64,000 nt of DNA from Abditibacterium sp. (lineage in GTDB: Bacteria; Armatimonadota; Abditibacteriia; Abditibacteriales; Abditibacteriaceae): positions 3,232,001 through 3,296,000 of the forward strand of contig OZ251992.1 of assembly GCA_965246885.1 (NCBI GenBank). The letters run 5' to 3'. The translations under genes and the position numbers were made by a program. Positions within the stretch are counted from its first letter, which is position 1, and the number at the start of each line of letters is the position of its first letter. The notes below the pieces were generated by a model. It was given only the letters and a program-made list of their open reading frames with translations. It was not told where the DNA came from and ran no database searches. Below, piece by piece: positions 20,913 to 30,450 of the stretch.

Positions 20913-22478
20913 ATGCTTCCCGTTTTTCTTTACGACACGGCCCTGCGCGACGGCGCGCAGGCCGAGGGCGTGTCGCTCAGCGTCCTTGACAAGCTGCGCA
21001 TCGCGCGCAAGTTGGACGAGTTCGGCATCCACTTCATCGAGGGCGGCTGGCCCGGCTCCAATCCCAAAGACGAGGAGTTCTTCGCCCGCGCCGCCAATGA
21101 GACGTGGCGAAACGCACAGTTGTGCGCCTTCTCCATGACCCGCCGCGCTGGAGTCGCCGCCAAAGACGACCCGAATTTGCAAACCATCGTCGCCGCCCAG
21201 ACACCCGTTGTCACACTCGTTGGCAAAACGTGGGACTTTCATGTCGAGAACGCCCTGCGCGTTTCGCTCGACGAGAACTTGGCGATGATCGAGGAGTCCG
21301 TCGCGTGGGTCAAATCGCAAGGCCGCCGCGTCTTTTTCGACGCCGAGCACTTCTTCGATGGACTCAAGGGCAACCGCGAGTATGCCCTGCGCGTTCTCGA
21401 AGCGGCGGCCAACGGCGGCGCCGAGTTCCTCGTGCTGTGCGACACCAACGGCGGCACGCTGCCCGACTTCATTCGTGACGCCACCCGCGACGCCTTGCGA
21501 ATCGGCCCCGCCGTTGGCATCCACACCCACAACGACTGCGACCTTGGCGTGGCCAACGCCCTCGCCGGAGTCGAAGCGGGGGCAACGCAGGTGCAGGGCG
21601 TCATCAACGGCTTCGGCGAGCGGTGCGGCAACTGCAACCTCACTTCCGTCATCGCCAACTTGCAACTCAAGATGAACCGCCCCGTCGTCTCGCCCGAAGC
21701 GCTGCGCGGCCTCACTGCCTTGTCCCACTTCGTCGCCGAAGTCACGAATCTAAGTCCCAACGAGCGCCAGCCCTTCGTGGGCCGCACCTGCTTTGCGCAC
21801 AAAGGCGGCATGCACGTGGACGCGGTGCAAAAAGCGGGCGGACGCGCGTATGAGCACATCGAGCCGGAACTCGTGGGCAACGAGCGCCGCATCCTCGTGT
21901 CCGAGTATTCCGGCACGAGCAACGTGCGCGAAGTCGCGCGCGACTTGGGCACCGACTTGCCCAAAGGCAGCCCGCAAGCCAGCGCGATTTTGGCCGAAGT
22001 CAAGCGCTTGGAAGCGCAGGGCTACGAGTTCGAGAGCGCCGACGCCTCCTTCGCCCTGCTCGTGCGTCGCGCGTTGGGGAAAGAGGCGCCCATCTTCGAG
22101 CTTTTGGGGGTGCGCGTCATCAATGAACTGCGCGCGGGAAGCCCCGACTGGATCACCGAAGCCACGCTCAAACTGCGTGTGGGCGAGACGGTGCAACACA
22201 CCGTCGCCGAGGGCGATGGGCCGGTTCACGCCCTCGATAACGCACTCCGCTTGGCGCTACGCGACGCTTTTCCCCGCCTGGACGACATCCGCTTGACGGA
22301 CTTCAAAGTCCGCGTCGTCAACACCAGCGAGGGCACCGCCGCGCGCGTGCGCGTTCTCATCGAATCCGCCGACGAGAGCACGAGTTGGTCAACCGTCGGT
22401 GTCTCGACCAACGTCATCGAAGCCAGTTGGCAAGCCCTGACCGAAGCGGTATCGTTTGGACTGAGCGGCGAGAAGTAG
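20913..22478 (+). CDS. cimA: Citramalate synthase
   Basis: YDTALRDGAQ.EG, IEGGWPGSNPKD, DAEHFFDG, LCDTNGG, HTHND, FAHKGGMH, LeuA-type regulatory domain. Confidence 0.93.
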   Translation: MLPVFLYDTALRDGAQAEGVSLSVLDKLRIARKLDEFGIHFIEGGWPGSNPKDEEFFARAANETWRNAQLCAFSMTRRAGVAAKDDPNLQTIVAAQTPVVTLVGKTWDFHVENALRVSLDENLAMIEESVAWVKSQGRRVFFDAEHFFDGLKGNREYALRVLEAAANGGAEFLVLCDTNGGTLPDFIRDATRDALRIGPAVGIHTHNDCDLGVANALAGVEAGATQVQGVINGFGERCGNCNLTSVIANLQLKMNRPVVSPEALRGLTALSHFVAEVTNLSPNERQPFVGRTCFAHKGGMHVDAVQKAGGRAYEHIEPELVGNERRILVSEYSGTSNVREVARDLGTDLPKGSPQASAILAEVKRLEAQGYEFESADASFALLVRRALGKEAPIFELLGVRVINELRAGSPDWITEATLKLRVGETVQHTVAEGDGPVHALDNALRLALRDAFPRLDDIRLTDFKVRVVNTSEGTAARVRVLIESADESTSWSTVGVSTNVIEASWQALTEAVSFGLSGEK

Positions 22479-22587
22479 TAAAGCAAGCGAATGAATTCGC
22501 AGCCAGCGAGATCGTCAACCGTCGTTGACGTGCTTGTCGGCGAAAGCCGACGATCTCGCTGGCTGCGAATTCATTCGCTTGCTTTAC
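22478..22587. repeat. REPIN-like element copy 2: perfect 39-bp inverted repeat between convergent genes
   Basis: gtaaagcaagcgaatgaattcgcagccagcgagatcgtc and its exact reverse complement at 22549-22587; shares gcgaatgaattcgcagccagc with copy 1. Confidence 0.9.
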
Positions 22588-24764
22588 GTCGCTTCCAGAA
22601 AGACAATGGTGAGGTCGTCGCTTTGCGGGGCGTCGCCGACGTGAAGGGAGACGGCTTCTTCGAGGTGCTTCATGCTTTCGGGGTCGGCGTGCTCGCACGG
22701 AGGGGTGGCGGGCGCCGTTCCGTTGTGGTGGTCGCCGTCGCTGTTGAGGGTTTCGAGGATGCGCTCCATGCCGAACTCCTCTCCTTGCGCGTTCATCGCT
22801 TCCGTCAGGCCGTCGGTAAACAGCAGGACGCGGTCGCCGGTATGGAGTTCGATGGTTTGAATCTTGAGCAAATCGGCGAACTCCGGCGCGCCGATGATGC
22901 CTAAGGCGAACCCGTCGGGGCTAAGAATCTCGGTGCGCTCGGAGGTATGCGCAAGAAGAAGCGGCTCGTGTCCGGCGCGGCCCCACGAGAAACGTTTGCT
23001 GGAGACTTCGAGGATGCCATAAACGCAGGTCACGAACATATTGGCGCGCAGGTCGCCGGTAATAAAGGAGTTTACGCGCGACAAAACGTCGCGCACGTCG
23101 GTATTGCCGGGGGCTTGGGCGCGAAACGCGGAGCGAATCATGGCGACGACGAGTGCGGCGGGAACGCCTTTGCCGGACACGTCGGCGACGAGGATGCCCA
23201 AATGGTCGTCGTCCACCCAAAAGAAGTCGTAGTAGTCGCCGCCCACTTCCGTTGCGCTGTTGGCGAGGGCGGTGATTTCAAAGCCGGGAACATTGGGGCA
23301 CGAATCGGGCAGCAGTTGGCGCTGGATGTCGCGGGCGATTTGCAAGTCGCGGCGGATGCGTTCTTGCTCGGCGACCTCGACGGTGAGCATCGCGTTGTTG
23401 ACGGACAAGGAGGCTTGGTCGGCGAGCGCTTGCAAGAGAGACTCGTCGTCCGGCCCGAAGGAGCCGCGCTGCTTGTTGATGACAGTCAAGACGCCCAACA
23501 GTTCGTCGCGCACGCGCAGGGGAACGATGAGCATCGAGCGGTTGCGCATGAACTCGGTCGTGGTGCCGAGCATGATGCCCTCGGCGCGCGCGTCCTCTAT
23601 AAGCATGGCGCGTCCGGTTTGCGCGACCTCGCCAATGACGCCTTCACCGATGGCGAAGCCCTGATGACGCATTTGGGCTTCGAGTTCCTCAGTGCGCCGC
23701 GCGGAGTTGCCAGTTGCGCACTCGACGTAAAGCGGCGGGAAGAAGTTGAGCACAACGCGCGGGTCGAGCCGCTTGGTGCGCCCGTCGAAGAGGTAAATCG
23801 CGCCCGCGCTCGCTTCAGTGGTTTCCAGGGCGGAATCAAGGATGATGCGCAGGATTTGATCTACTTCTACGTCGGTGGTAAACGCCGTCCCCAGCCGCTT
23901 GAGGAAGGTAAAAATGACGCTGCGCTCCCTTCCCAAGCGGTGGCGCGACATCTCGATGGACTCGTAATCGTTGAGCGTCGAGCGCGCGAACGCCATCACC
24001 AAGGCCGCGAACGCGATGAAGTGCCCGACCGGATGCGCGAGGGGATTCTGCGCCAAATCTCCTACCGTTGGAAACAACAGCCACGAGCCGAACGCAAGAG
24101 TCGCCGTGCCAAACGGCAACACCAAGATGCCCATCGGCGTGAGTCCTTGCGTCTTGGAGCGCGCTCTCGAACGAAGCGCCCCAAACAAAAAGGCGCCCAA
24201 CCCCACGCGGAACGCAATGGTCGCGCCGACCACGACGGGAATGCCCCGGTCGCCAAGCGCGCCCGTCTCAAACAGGATGGTCAGCACCGCCCAAGACAGC
24301 GCGGTCAAACTGAGCAGGACAAGCGGCAAAACGCCGACATCGCGGCCCTTGGGCTTCCATTCCAGCAGGAGCGCGTAGAGAAACAGCGCCAGCGCGAGCG
24401 ATTCGAGCGCGCCCAGATACGGCAAAAGCGGCGACATCCGCTCCGCCGACGACCCCGCAAAGCCAAGCAACCAACCGCGCCAAGGGCTGGCAATCTCGGC
24501 TTGCGCGGCGCCTGCCGCCAGAAACAACGCCAAAAAGTGTCGCACGCAGAGAGCGCTAAAAGCCCATAGTAAGCGTGTGTATTGGATGCGGTGGCGGCGC
24601 GCCGCCACGAAATACTCTTGGCCGGGGCGCTCCTCGGCGAAGTAAAGATACAAGTACTCGCGGCGGCGGGCGGCGTTCCATTCGAAGAACACGAATAACA
24701 ACCCGCTCGTGCACAAGAGCAAGTTGCAAATACTCAGCGCGAACGCGAGAATGGATGCCGACAT
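22584..24764 (-). CDS. Membrane-bound GAF + PP2C (SpoIIE/RsbU-type) phosphatase
   Basis: Multiple N-terminal TM helices, GAF (GEGVIGEVA, LIVPL, INK...F..DD), VGGDYYDF, ADVSGKG, FTDGLTEA, QSDDLT. Confidence 0.92.
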   Translation of the reverse strand: MSASILAFALSICNLLLCTSGLLFVFFEWNAARRREYLYLYFAEERPGQEYFVAARRHRIQYTRLLWAFSALCVRHFLALFLAAGAAQAEIASPWRGWLLGFAGSSAERMSPLLPYLGALESLALALFLYALLLEWKPKGRDVGVLPLVLLSLTALSWAVLTILFETGALGDRGIPVVVGATIAFRVGLGAFLFGALRSRARSKTQGLTPMGILVLPFGTATLAFGSWLLFPTVGDLAQNPLAHPVGHFIAFAALVMAFARSTLNDYESIEMSRHRLGRERSVIFTFLKRLGTAFTTDVEVDQILRIILDSALETTEASAGAIYLFDGRTKRLDPRVVLNFFPPLYVECATGNSARRTEELEAQMRHQGFAIGEGVIGEVAQTGRAMLIEDARAEGIMLGTTTEFMRNRSMLIVPLRVRDELLGVLTVINKQRGSFGPDDESLLQALADQASLSVNNAMLTVEVAEQERIRRDLQIARDIQRQLLPDSCPNVPGFEITALANSATEVGGDYYDFFWVDDDHLGILVADVSGKGVPAALVVAMIRSAFRAQAPGNTDVRDVLSRVNSFITGDLRANMFVTCVYGILEVSSKRFSWGRAGHEPLLLAHTSERTEILSPDGFALGIIGAPEFADLLKIQTIELHTGDRVLLFTDGLTEAMNAQGEEFGMERILETLNSDGDHHNGTAPATPPCEHADPESMKHLEEAVSLHVGDAPQSDDLTIVFLEAT

Positions 24765-24946
24765 AGAACCATGCAACGCTTTGCCTGCCATCGTGAGGCG
24801 GAAGCCTTGCCCTTTCACCTTGAAAACCTATCTCTTCTACGCTCCCCGCACGAGTGCGGTTCACCAATCAAACAGCTTTCCAAGAGACGAGCGCCATTTT
24901 GCGCGCCATCCCCATTATAGCAAGACGCGGCTCCCCTTTTTCACCC

Positions 24947-25678
24947 TTACAACCGTTGCCAAAACCAACTGAGCCGGTCAGACAACCCCAACCCCGCAAT
25001 CACGAGCGCCGTCACCAGCGACGACACCACAAACCCCGCCGCGCCTTGCCCAACAGAATGGCGCCCCCGCTTGGCGCGCGCCCAAACCAACACCGGAATC
25101 AACCAAAAAAAGGCGAGCGGCGGCACATTGGGGTGCAATACCGTCGCTCCTAAAATCGTCGCCGACAGCACCGACACATGCACCGAAATCTTGGTGAACT
25201 GTGTTATCACCAAAATCGCCAGCCCGTTCACCGCTTGAATGAGTGACAACCCCCACACCGACGGCGGCGCGTCAAGCAAATACAGGAAGAGCGCCCCGAC
25301 GAAACCGCCAGCAATGGCCACCGCGAACGGGCCGCCCCGTTGGTCGCGCTCCATCACATGCACATCGGAAATGGTGCCGCGCCACATCCCCACCAGAATG
25401 TATGCCAAAGGAAAACCCGTTGAAAAAAGCAGGGAGATCGAAACCCACAACAAGAATTGACTCGGTTGCGAGCGCGCATGCACAATGCCAATGGTGCCGA
25501 TGGGAATGACGATATACGGACTCAGCAGCGCCGATAACACAAACGCCACCCAATCAGTAAACGAGCGTTTGCGGCGCAAACGGGCGCCGCTCCACGTTCT
25601 GCCAAATTGTCGTGGCGACCGTCCCGGCGCGGGATCACTCGACGAAGAAGAAAGGCGCTCCGGCGCGGAATCAATCAT
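24947..25678 (-). CDS. Integral membrane protein, PAP2-like
   Basis: About 6 TM; KISVH and WAR...RHS motifs. Confidence 0.7.
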   Translation of the reverse strand: MIDSAPERLSSSSSDPAPGRSPRQFGRTWSGARLRRKRSFTDWVAFVLSALLSPYIVIPIGTIGIVHARSQPSQFLLWVSISLLFSTGFPLAYILVGMWRGTISDVHVMERDQRGGPFAVAIAGGFVGALFLYLLDAPPSVWGLSLIQAVNGLAILVITQFTKISVHVSVLSATILGATVLHPNVPPLAFFWLIPVLVWARAKRGRHSVGQGAAGFVVSSLVTALVIAGLGLSDRLSWFWQRL

Positions 25679-25868
25679 TGAAGTAGGTGCGGGCCATAGC
25701 CGCGCGATTTTAAGAGGTGCGCCGGACGCCTTGGTGTGCGCCCGACCCGACTGCCTAAAATTGTGCGCCCAGTGTAGCCAAACGCCTGTCTTCCACGAAG
25801 CGCCTTGCCCCTCCAATGTCGCTTTTCATACAAACTTTGCGCGCCCTCAAAACGCTCACACTTCCCCC

Positions 25869-26732
25869 ATGCTTTCTGCCCTCCCCGATGCCCGCACGCG
25901 CGTCATCGCTCTCATCGGAGACCCGGTTTCTCATTCCATATCCCCGCGCGCGCAAAGCTACGCCCTCGCGCAAAGCGGCGCCAATGCCCTTTGCCTCGCC
26001 TTTCGCGTCACTCCCGACGGCCTGAGAAAGGCTCTTTCCGGCGCACTCGCCTTTGGTGTGGCGGGCGTCATGGTTACGATTCCTCACAAAGAAGGCGTCT
26101 TCCCGCTTTGCGACGAACTGCACCCGTCCGCCCAACTGGTCGGCGCCGCCAACCTTCTCGAACTGCGCGCCGATGGCACCCTTTGCGGTCATTCCAGCGA
26201 CGGATGGGCCGCCTTGCGCTCGCTCGACGACAAAGGCGTGAGCGTTCAGGGCGCGCGCGTCGCTATCTTAGGCGCGGGCGGCTCGGCCCGTTCGCTTGCC
26301 CTTTCTTTCGCCGACGCAGGCGCCGCTTGCGTCACGCTTTATAACCGCACCCTGGAGCGCGCCCAAACCGTCGCCGAGGAAGTGCTCAACCGCACCGGCA
26401 CCCAAGCCTTTGCCCGCGCCCTACCCGTCTCGGACTTGGAGGACGCCGATATTCTCGTCAACACCACCAGCGTTGGCATGACACCCGACGTTGGCGCGAC
26501 GCCCCTCGACGCCCGCCTTGTTATGGCACATCACACTGTCTTCGACATCGTTTACAATCCCCTCGAAACTCGTTTATTGCGCGAGGCCAAAGAGCGCGGC
26601 GCCAAAGTGGTGGATGGCCTCGATATGGTGCTGTGGACAAACGTTTACGCCGCGCGCGTCTGTCTGGGAGTGGCGCTCGAAATTCAAGACCTGCGCGACG
26701 AAGCGCGGCGCGCGCTGGGTGGCGGCGACTGA
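25869..26732 (+). CDS. aroE: Shikimate dehydrogenase
   Basis: IGDPVSHS.SP, VTIPHKE, GAGGSAR, NRT..RA, NTTSVGM, DIVYNP.ET.LL, DGL.M. Confidence 0.92.
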   Translation: MLSALPDARTRVIALIGDPVSHSISPRAQSYALAQSGANALCLAFRVTPDGLRKALSGALAFGVAGVMVTIPHKEGVFPLCDELHPSAQLVGAANLLELRADGTLCGHSSDGWAALRSLDDKGVSVQGARVAILGAGGSARSLALSFADAGAACVTLYNRTLERAQTVAEEVLNRTGTQAFARALPVSDLEDADILVNTTSVGMTPDVGATPLDARLVMAHHTVFDIVYNPLETRLLREAKERGAKVVDGLDMVLWTNVYAARVCLGVALEIQDLRDEARRALGGGD

Positions 26733-26740
26733 CTCACCGG

Positions 26741-26824
26741 CCTAATTTTTTCGTCGGCGCACCTAATTCTTCCATCGGCGCGGCTAATTCTTTCGACGGC
26801 GCGCTTCATTCTTCCGTTGGCGCG
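26741..26824. repeat. Degenerate 21-bp array C (4 units) between convergent aroE and nth-like genes
   Basis: cctaattttttcgtcggcgca / cctaattcttccatcggcgcg / gctaattctttcgacggcgcg / cttcattcttccgttggcgcg. Confidence 0.8.
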
Positions 26825-27561
26825 ACCCGTTTCTTCTGTCCCGTCGGGCATAAATCGAGCAACACACATTCGCCGCACTGGGGCGCGTGGTGGTGGCAGA
26901 CGCGCTGACCGTGCAGCATCAAGATTTCGTGATTGTCATAAACCTGCTGGGCCTCCCACTCGGCGGGCAACATCGCTTCCAAAACGGCGTGCGACAGGCC
27001 AACCGATAGACTCGCCGGAATCAGTCCAAGCCTCCCCGCCACGCGATGGTGGTGCGAATCTACCGGCAGGGCGCGCATCCGTAGCTTTGAAAACGCAAGT
27101 GTCGCTGCACTGGTTTTCGGGCCGATGCCACTAATGGACTCAAGCCACGCCCGCGCGTCGGTCACGCTCATCTCGGCCAGAAAATCCAGCGAGAAGCCGC
27201 CCCGCCGTTCCTTGACCTCGCGCAGCACCGCTTGAACGCGCGGCGCCTTTTGTTCGGGCCACGTGCACGGCGCAATGGCCGCTTCTATCTCTTCGACAGG
27301 CGCGTCGAGCGCGCTTTGCCAGTTGGGAAACCGCGCCTTGAGTTGGCGCCACGCCCTGCCCGAATCCGCATTCTTTGTCCGGTGCGAGAGGAGCGACGAG
27401 ATGAGTTCGTCCATCGGGTCGAGGTTGTGGAAATACGCGATTGGGCACTCGTAGAGCGCGCACAACCGCGCGTGAACTTCCAGCATTTTGGCGCGCGGCG
27501 GCAGTTGAAGGGGCGAGGCCGTTTCGGGCGCCTCGAAGAGTTGGAGGGAACTCATACGCAT
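26806..27561 (-). CDS. Endonuclease III-like HhH-GPD DNA glycosylase with Fe-S loop
   Basis: LISSLLS.RT, ISGIGPKT, PVDSH, C-X6-C-X2-C-X5-C. Confidence 0.9.
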   Translation of the reverse strand: MRMSSLQLFEAPETASPLQLPPRAKMLEVHARLCALYECPIAYFHNLDPMDELISSLLSHRTKNADSGRAWRQLKARFPNWQSALDAPVEEIEAAIAPCTWPEQKAPRVQAVLREVKERRGGFSLDFLAEMSVTDARAWLESISGIGPKTSAATLAFSKLRMRALPVDSHHHRVAGRLGLIPASLSVGLSHAVLEAMLPAEWEAQQVYDNHEILMLHGQRVCHHHAPQCGECVLLDLCPTGQKKRVAPTEE

Positions 27562-27601
27562 GAGTGGAAGCGATTTACGCGCCGTTTTGCACACTAAAGG
27601 C

Positions 27602-28402
27602 ATGGCTGACATTTGGGCATCCGACGTGGATTGGAGCGCCGTCCATGCGCGTTTCGAGCCACCGCTCGAACTGTTGCAACCGCTTCCGCGCCGCGTCGCG
27701 CGCCGCGAAAAACCTCCGACAACACGCGAACGGCTGATCCGGGGCTGCTTGAGTTTCTTCCTCGCGCCCATGTTTTTGCTGGGCGCGTTGATGACTTGGT
27801 GGGGCGGATTGGCAGCGCTAATTTTGGTTCTCGGCGTCACCACCTTGGGCACTGTCACCACGCGCGAGTCGGGGGATGGCCGCGACAGCACCTACTTCTT
27901 GGGCTTCCGTTTTCGCGCGAGTGGCGGGAATCACAAGGGCGAGTGGCAAGTCCCCGTTGCGCGCTGGCGCCAAACACGCATCGGCGACCCGGTCAAAGTG
28001 CGTTATTTCCCCTTCGCGCCGGGACTTCGCCCGATTATCGAAGACGGCATCTCGCCTTGGGTGTCTATTTTGGCTGTAGCGCCGCTCGGCGTCCTCATCG
28101 CTGGTGTCGCGGGCCTTTCCCTGCTGGGCTTTTGGGCGCCGCCCGATGGAAAAAATTGGGTGCGACGTGGGCGTCTGGCGCCCGCCTTTATCACCCGCCG
28201 CGACGACGACTACAGTAGGCTCGTCTTCTTGCTGCGTGACGAAAATGGGCGCGTATACGAAGTGCATACACGCGTTGGGGACTCAACGGCCTTTGACGCG
28301 GGAGCCGTCGAAACCGCGCTTTACCTGCCGGGACAGCCCGACCGCGCCCGCTTGTATCGCGCTTTGGGATGGAAAGCCGTCTTGCCGCAAGGTCGTAGGT
28401 AG
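27602..28402 (+). CDS. DUF3592-like membrane protein
   Basis: TM - GTVT...GDPVKVRY.P - TM - GAVETALYLP..P architecture. Confidence 0.65.
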   Translation: MADIWASDVDWSAVHARFEPPLELLQPLPRRVARREKPPTTRERLIRGCLSFFLAPMFLLGALMTWWGGLAALILVLGVTTLGTVTTRESGDGRDSTYFLGFRFRASGGNHKGEWQVPVARWRQTRIGDPVKVRYFPFAPGLRPIIEDGISPWVSILAVAPLGVLIAGVAGLSLLGFWAPPDGKNWVRRGRLAPAFITRRDDDYSRLVFLLRDENGRVYEVHTRVGDSTAFDAGAVETALYLPGQPDRARLYRALGWKAVLPQGRR

Positions 28403-28429
28403 GGCGCGCGGCGCGTCACACTGCCTTCC

Positions 28430-29137
28430 ATGCCGCCGCGCGCCATCATCTCACCCGCCGAACTCGACCGCATCGAGCGCTTCATCGCCGCCTTCAACGC
28501 GCTCGACAACTGGCTGCAAAGCCAGCCCGACGCGCCGCCTACGTTTCGCTCGGCGGTGGATTGGTGGGCCGCTCGCCACCCGTTTTGGCGCGACGCCGAA
28601 ACGCTGCGCCTCTTTGCCTCGCTGCGCAACTTCCTTGTCCACGAGAAAACGCGCCCTTTCGACTACCCGTGTATCCCCTCCGATGGCGCCGTTGCCGAAA
28701 TCGAAGCCATCGCGCAACGCGCCCTGCACCCGGCGACCGTTGGCCGGAACTTCGCACGCGAAGTTTACATCCTGCGCCCCGACGACGCCTTGGAAGAAGC
28801 GCTTGCCACAATGCGCAACCGCGACGTGGCACGCCTCCCCATCTTCGACGGCGACCGCTTCATCAGCATCCTGAGCGAGCGCGACATCGCCCGCCATTTG
28901 GCGAATTGCCTCGCGCGCGGCGAAGCCTTCGACCCACGAACCCCCATCACCGCCGCCCTGCCCCGACAAAGTAAGCGCGAGACCTTCCGCTTTTCCTCGC
29001 CCGACACCCCCGTTGCGCAAGCCGCGTATTGGTTCGGCGAGAACATCTTCCTCGAAGCCATCCTCATCGCCGCGCGCGAAGGCGCAAGGCCCACCGGCAT
29101 CGTGACGCGCGGCGACGTCGCGGGGTGGCAGGAGTGA
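28430..29137 (+). CDS. CBS-pair protein with N-terminal HEPN-like helical domain
   Basis: ERFIAAFNALDNWL...LRNFLVH (RxxxxH); CBS motifs LPIFDGDRFISILSERD and PTGIVTRGD. Confidence 0.8.
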   Translation: MPPRAIISPAELDRIERFIAAFNALDNWLQSQPDAPPTFRSAVDWWAARHPFWRDAETLRLFASLRNFLVHEKTRPFDYPCIPSDGAVAEIEAIAQRALHPATVGRNFAREVYILRPDDALEEALATMRNRDVARLPIFDGDRFISILSERDIARHLANCLARGEAFDPRTPITAALPRQSKRETFRFSSPDTPVAQAAYWFGENIFLEAILIAAREGARPTGIVTRGDVAGWQE

Positions 29138-29928
29138 ACGCCATACTCAACGCCGGAAGCGGCGCGTGGGCCTTTGAAGAACTGGCGCAGAGTTTATCGC
29201 GCGCTTTTGCTGTTCCCGTCGTGGATGCGCCCGCCGACAGGAACTACTTGCTCGCGTGGGACGGCGCCTCGCCGCCTGATGCGCCCTGTTTCGTGCCGTT
29301 TGCAAGCATCGAAGTGGCGACGGACAAGCGGCTCATCGAACGCGCTTTTGCCCGGTTCGCCGTGCCGCGCCCGACGACTTACTTGCTCGAAGATGACGAA
29401 ATCGAACCGTTTTTAGCGCGCGAAGCGGCGCGGAGTTGGCTGCTCAAATACCCGACGGGGTGCGGCGGCGCGGGCCATCGGTTCCTCGAACGCGGCGCGC
29501 GGCCAGATGCACTCCCCGCCGATTGGCCGCGCCCGCTTGTGGTGCAAGAGTTTATCGCCCTCGCGCGGCCCGAAGTGTTTCGCTTGTATGGCGTGGCGGG
29601 AGAACTGTTCGGCGCCAACGCGCGGCGTTTTGCAGGCGAGGCGCCCTCGGTTTTTGTGGCGCACGCGCAGGGCGCGCGCTACGAAGCGGTCGAAGCCTTG
29701 CCCGACGCGGCGTTTGCTGTCGCGCGCCTCGGCCTCGAAGCGACGGAGTTGTGGGAGTCGTTCGGCTGCGTGGATTTGCTGCGAGATGGGCGCGGGCGTT
29801 GGCTGGCTCTTGAAGTCGGGACGGACGGTTTGTGGAATCACGTTGACCGCGACATCGGCGATTTGGGCATCGCCGAGGAACTCGAATCCCGCTTGGCACG
29901 GGCGTTCAGAGCGTGGGCGGAATTTTAG
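29134..29928 (+). CDS. RimK-like ATP-grasp protein
   Basis: ATDK, VPRPTT, LLKYPTGCGG.G, VVQEFI, GCVDLL, LEV; GTGA overlap with the CBS gene. Confidence 0.8.
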   Translation: MNAILNAGSGAWAFEELAQSLSRAFAVPVVDAPADRNYLLAWDGASPPDAPCFVPFASIEVATDKRLIERAFARFAVPRPTTYLLEDDEIEPFLAREAARSWLLKYPTGCGGAGHRFLERGARPDALPADWPRPLVVQEFIALARPEVFRLYGVAGELFGANARRFAGEAPSVFVAHAQGARYEAVEALPDAAFAVARLGLEATELWESFGCVDLLRDGRGRWLALEVGTDGLWNHVDRDIGDLGIAEELESRLARAFRAWAEF

Positions 29929-29946
29929 CCGCGATCTCAGAGCCAC

Positions 29947-30423
29947 TCACACGTCCGGCGCGTTCGCCAAGCGTTCGCCCTCGGTTTTGAGGGCGCCGCT
30001 CATCATTTCGGCGTTGGCTTGCATCAGCTTTTGCATGACGGACTTCATCAGGGCGCCGATGAGGGGAATTTCAAAGGCGTAGTTGAGTTCCAAATCGAGT
30101 TCCGTGCCGCCGTCGCGGGGGGTGAACTTCCACACGCCTTTATATTCGGTGAAGTCGCCTTTGAGTTGCCAGAAGTGACACTCGCCCGTCGCGCGGTTCC
30201 AGATGTCTTCTTCCGTCCACACGATGCTGCGCTTGAACTGCTTGATTTGGGCGTGCCACTCCGTAACGGTGCGGACGGTATCGGGCGAGGTCTGCGCCTT
30301 TTCGAGGACGGAGACTTTGTCGAGGTCGGGCATGATGCGCGGAAAATCTTCGACGTTTTGGGCGAGCGTCCACACGGCGTCAAAGGGCGCGGCGATAAGG
30401 ACTTTGGAAGTGACTTGTGGCAT
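29947..30423 (-). CDS. SRPBCC/START-like (polyketide cyclase-like) protein
   Basis: VW.LAQNVEDFP.IMPD, WTEED, GDF..Y.G.W.F, IPLIG. Confidence 0.88.
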   Translation of the reverse strand: MPQVTSKVLIAAPFDAVWTLAQNVEDFPRIMPDLDKVSVLEKAQTSPDTVRTVTEWHAQIKQFKRSIVWTEEDIWNRATGECHFWQLKGDFTEYKGVWKFTPRDGGTELDLELNYAFEIPLIGALMKSVMQKLMQANAEMMSGALKTEGERLANAPDV

Positions 30424-30450
30424 GATGGTGGCGGTGTCGGCGGCGGGAAG

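Noticed and set aside
19809..22478. 889-aa ORF suggesting a large N-terminal fusion on citramalate synthase
   Set aside because: The first 368 codons are antisense to the S8 peptidase; CimA homology starts at ATG 20913
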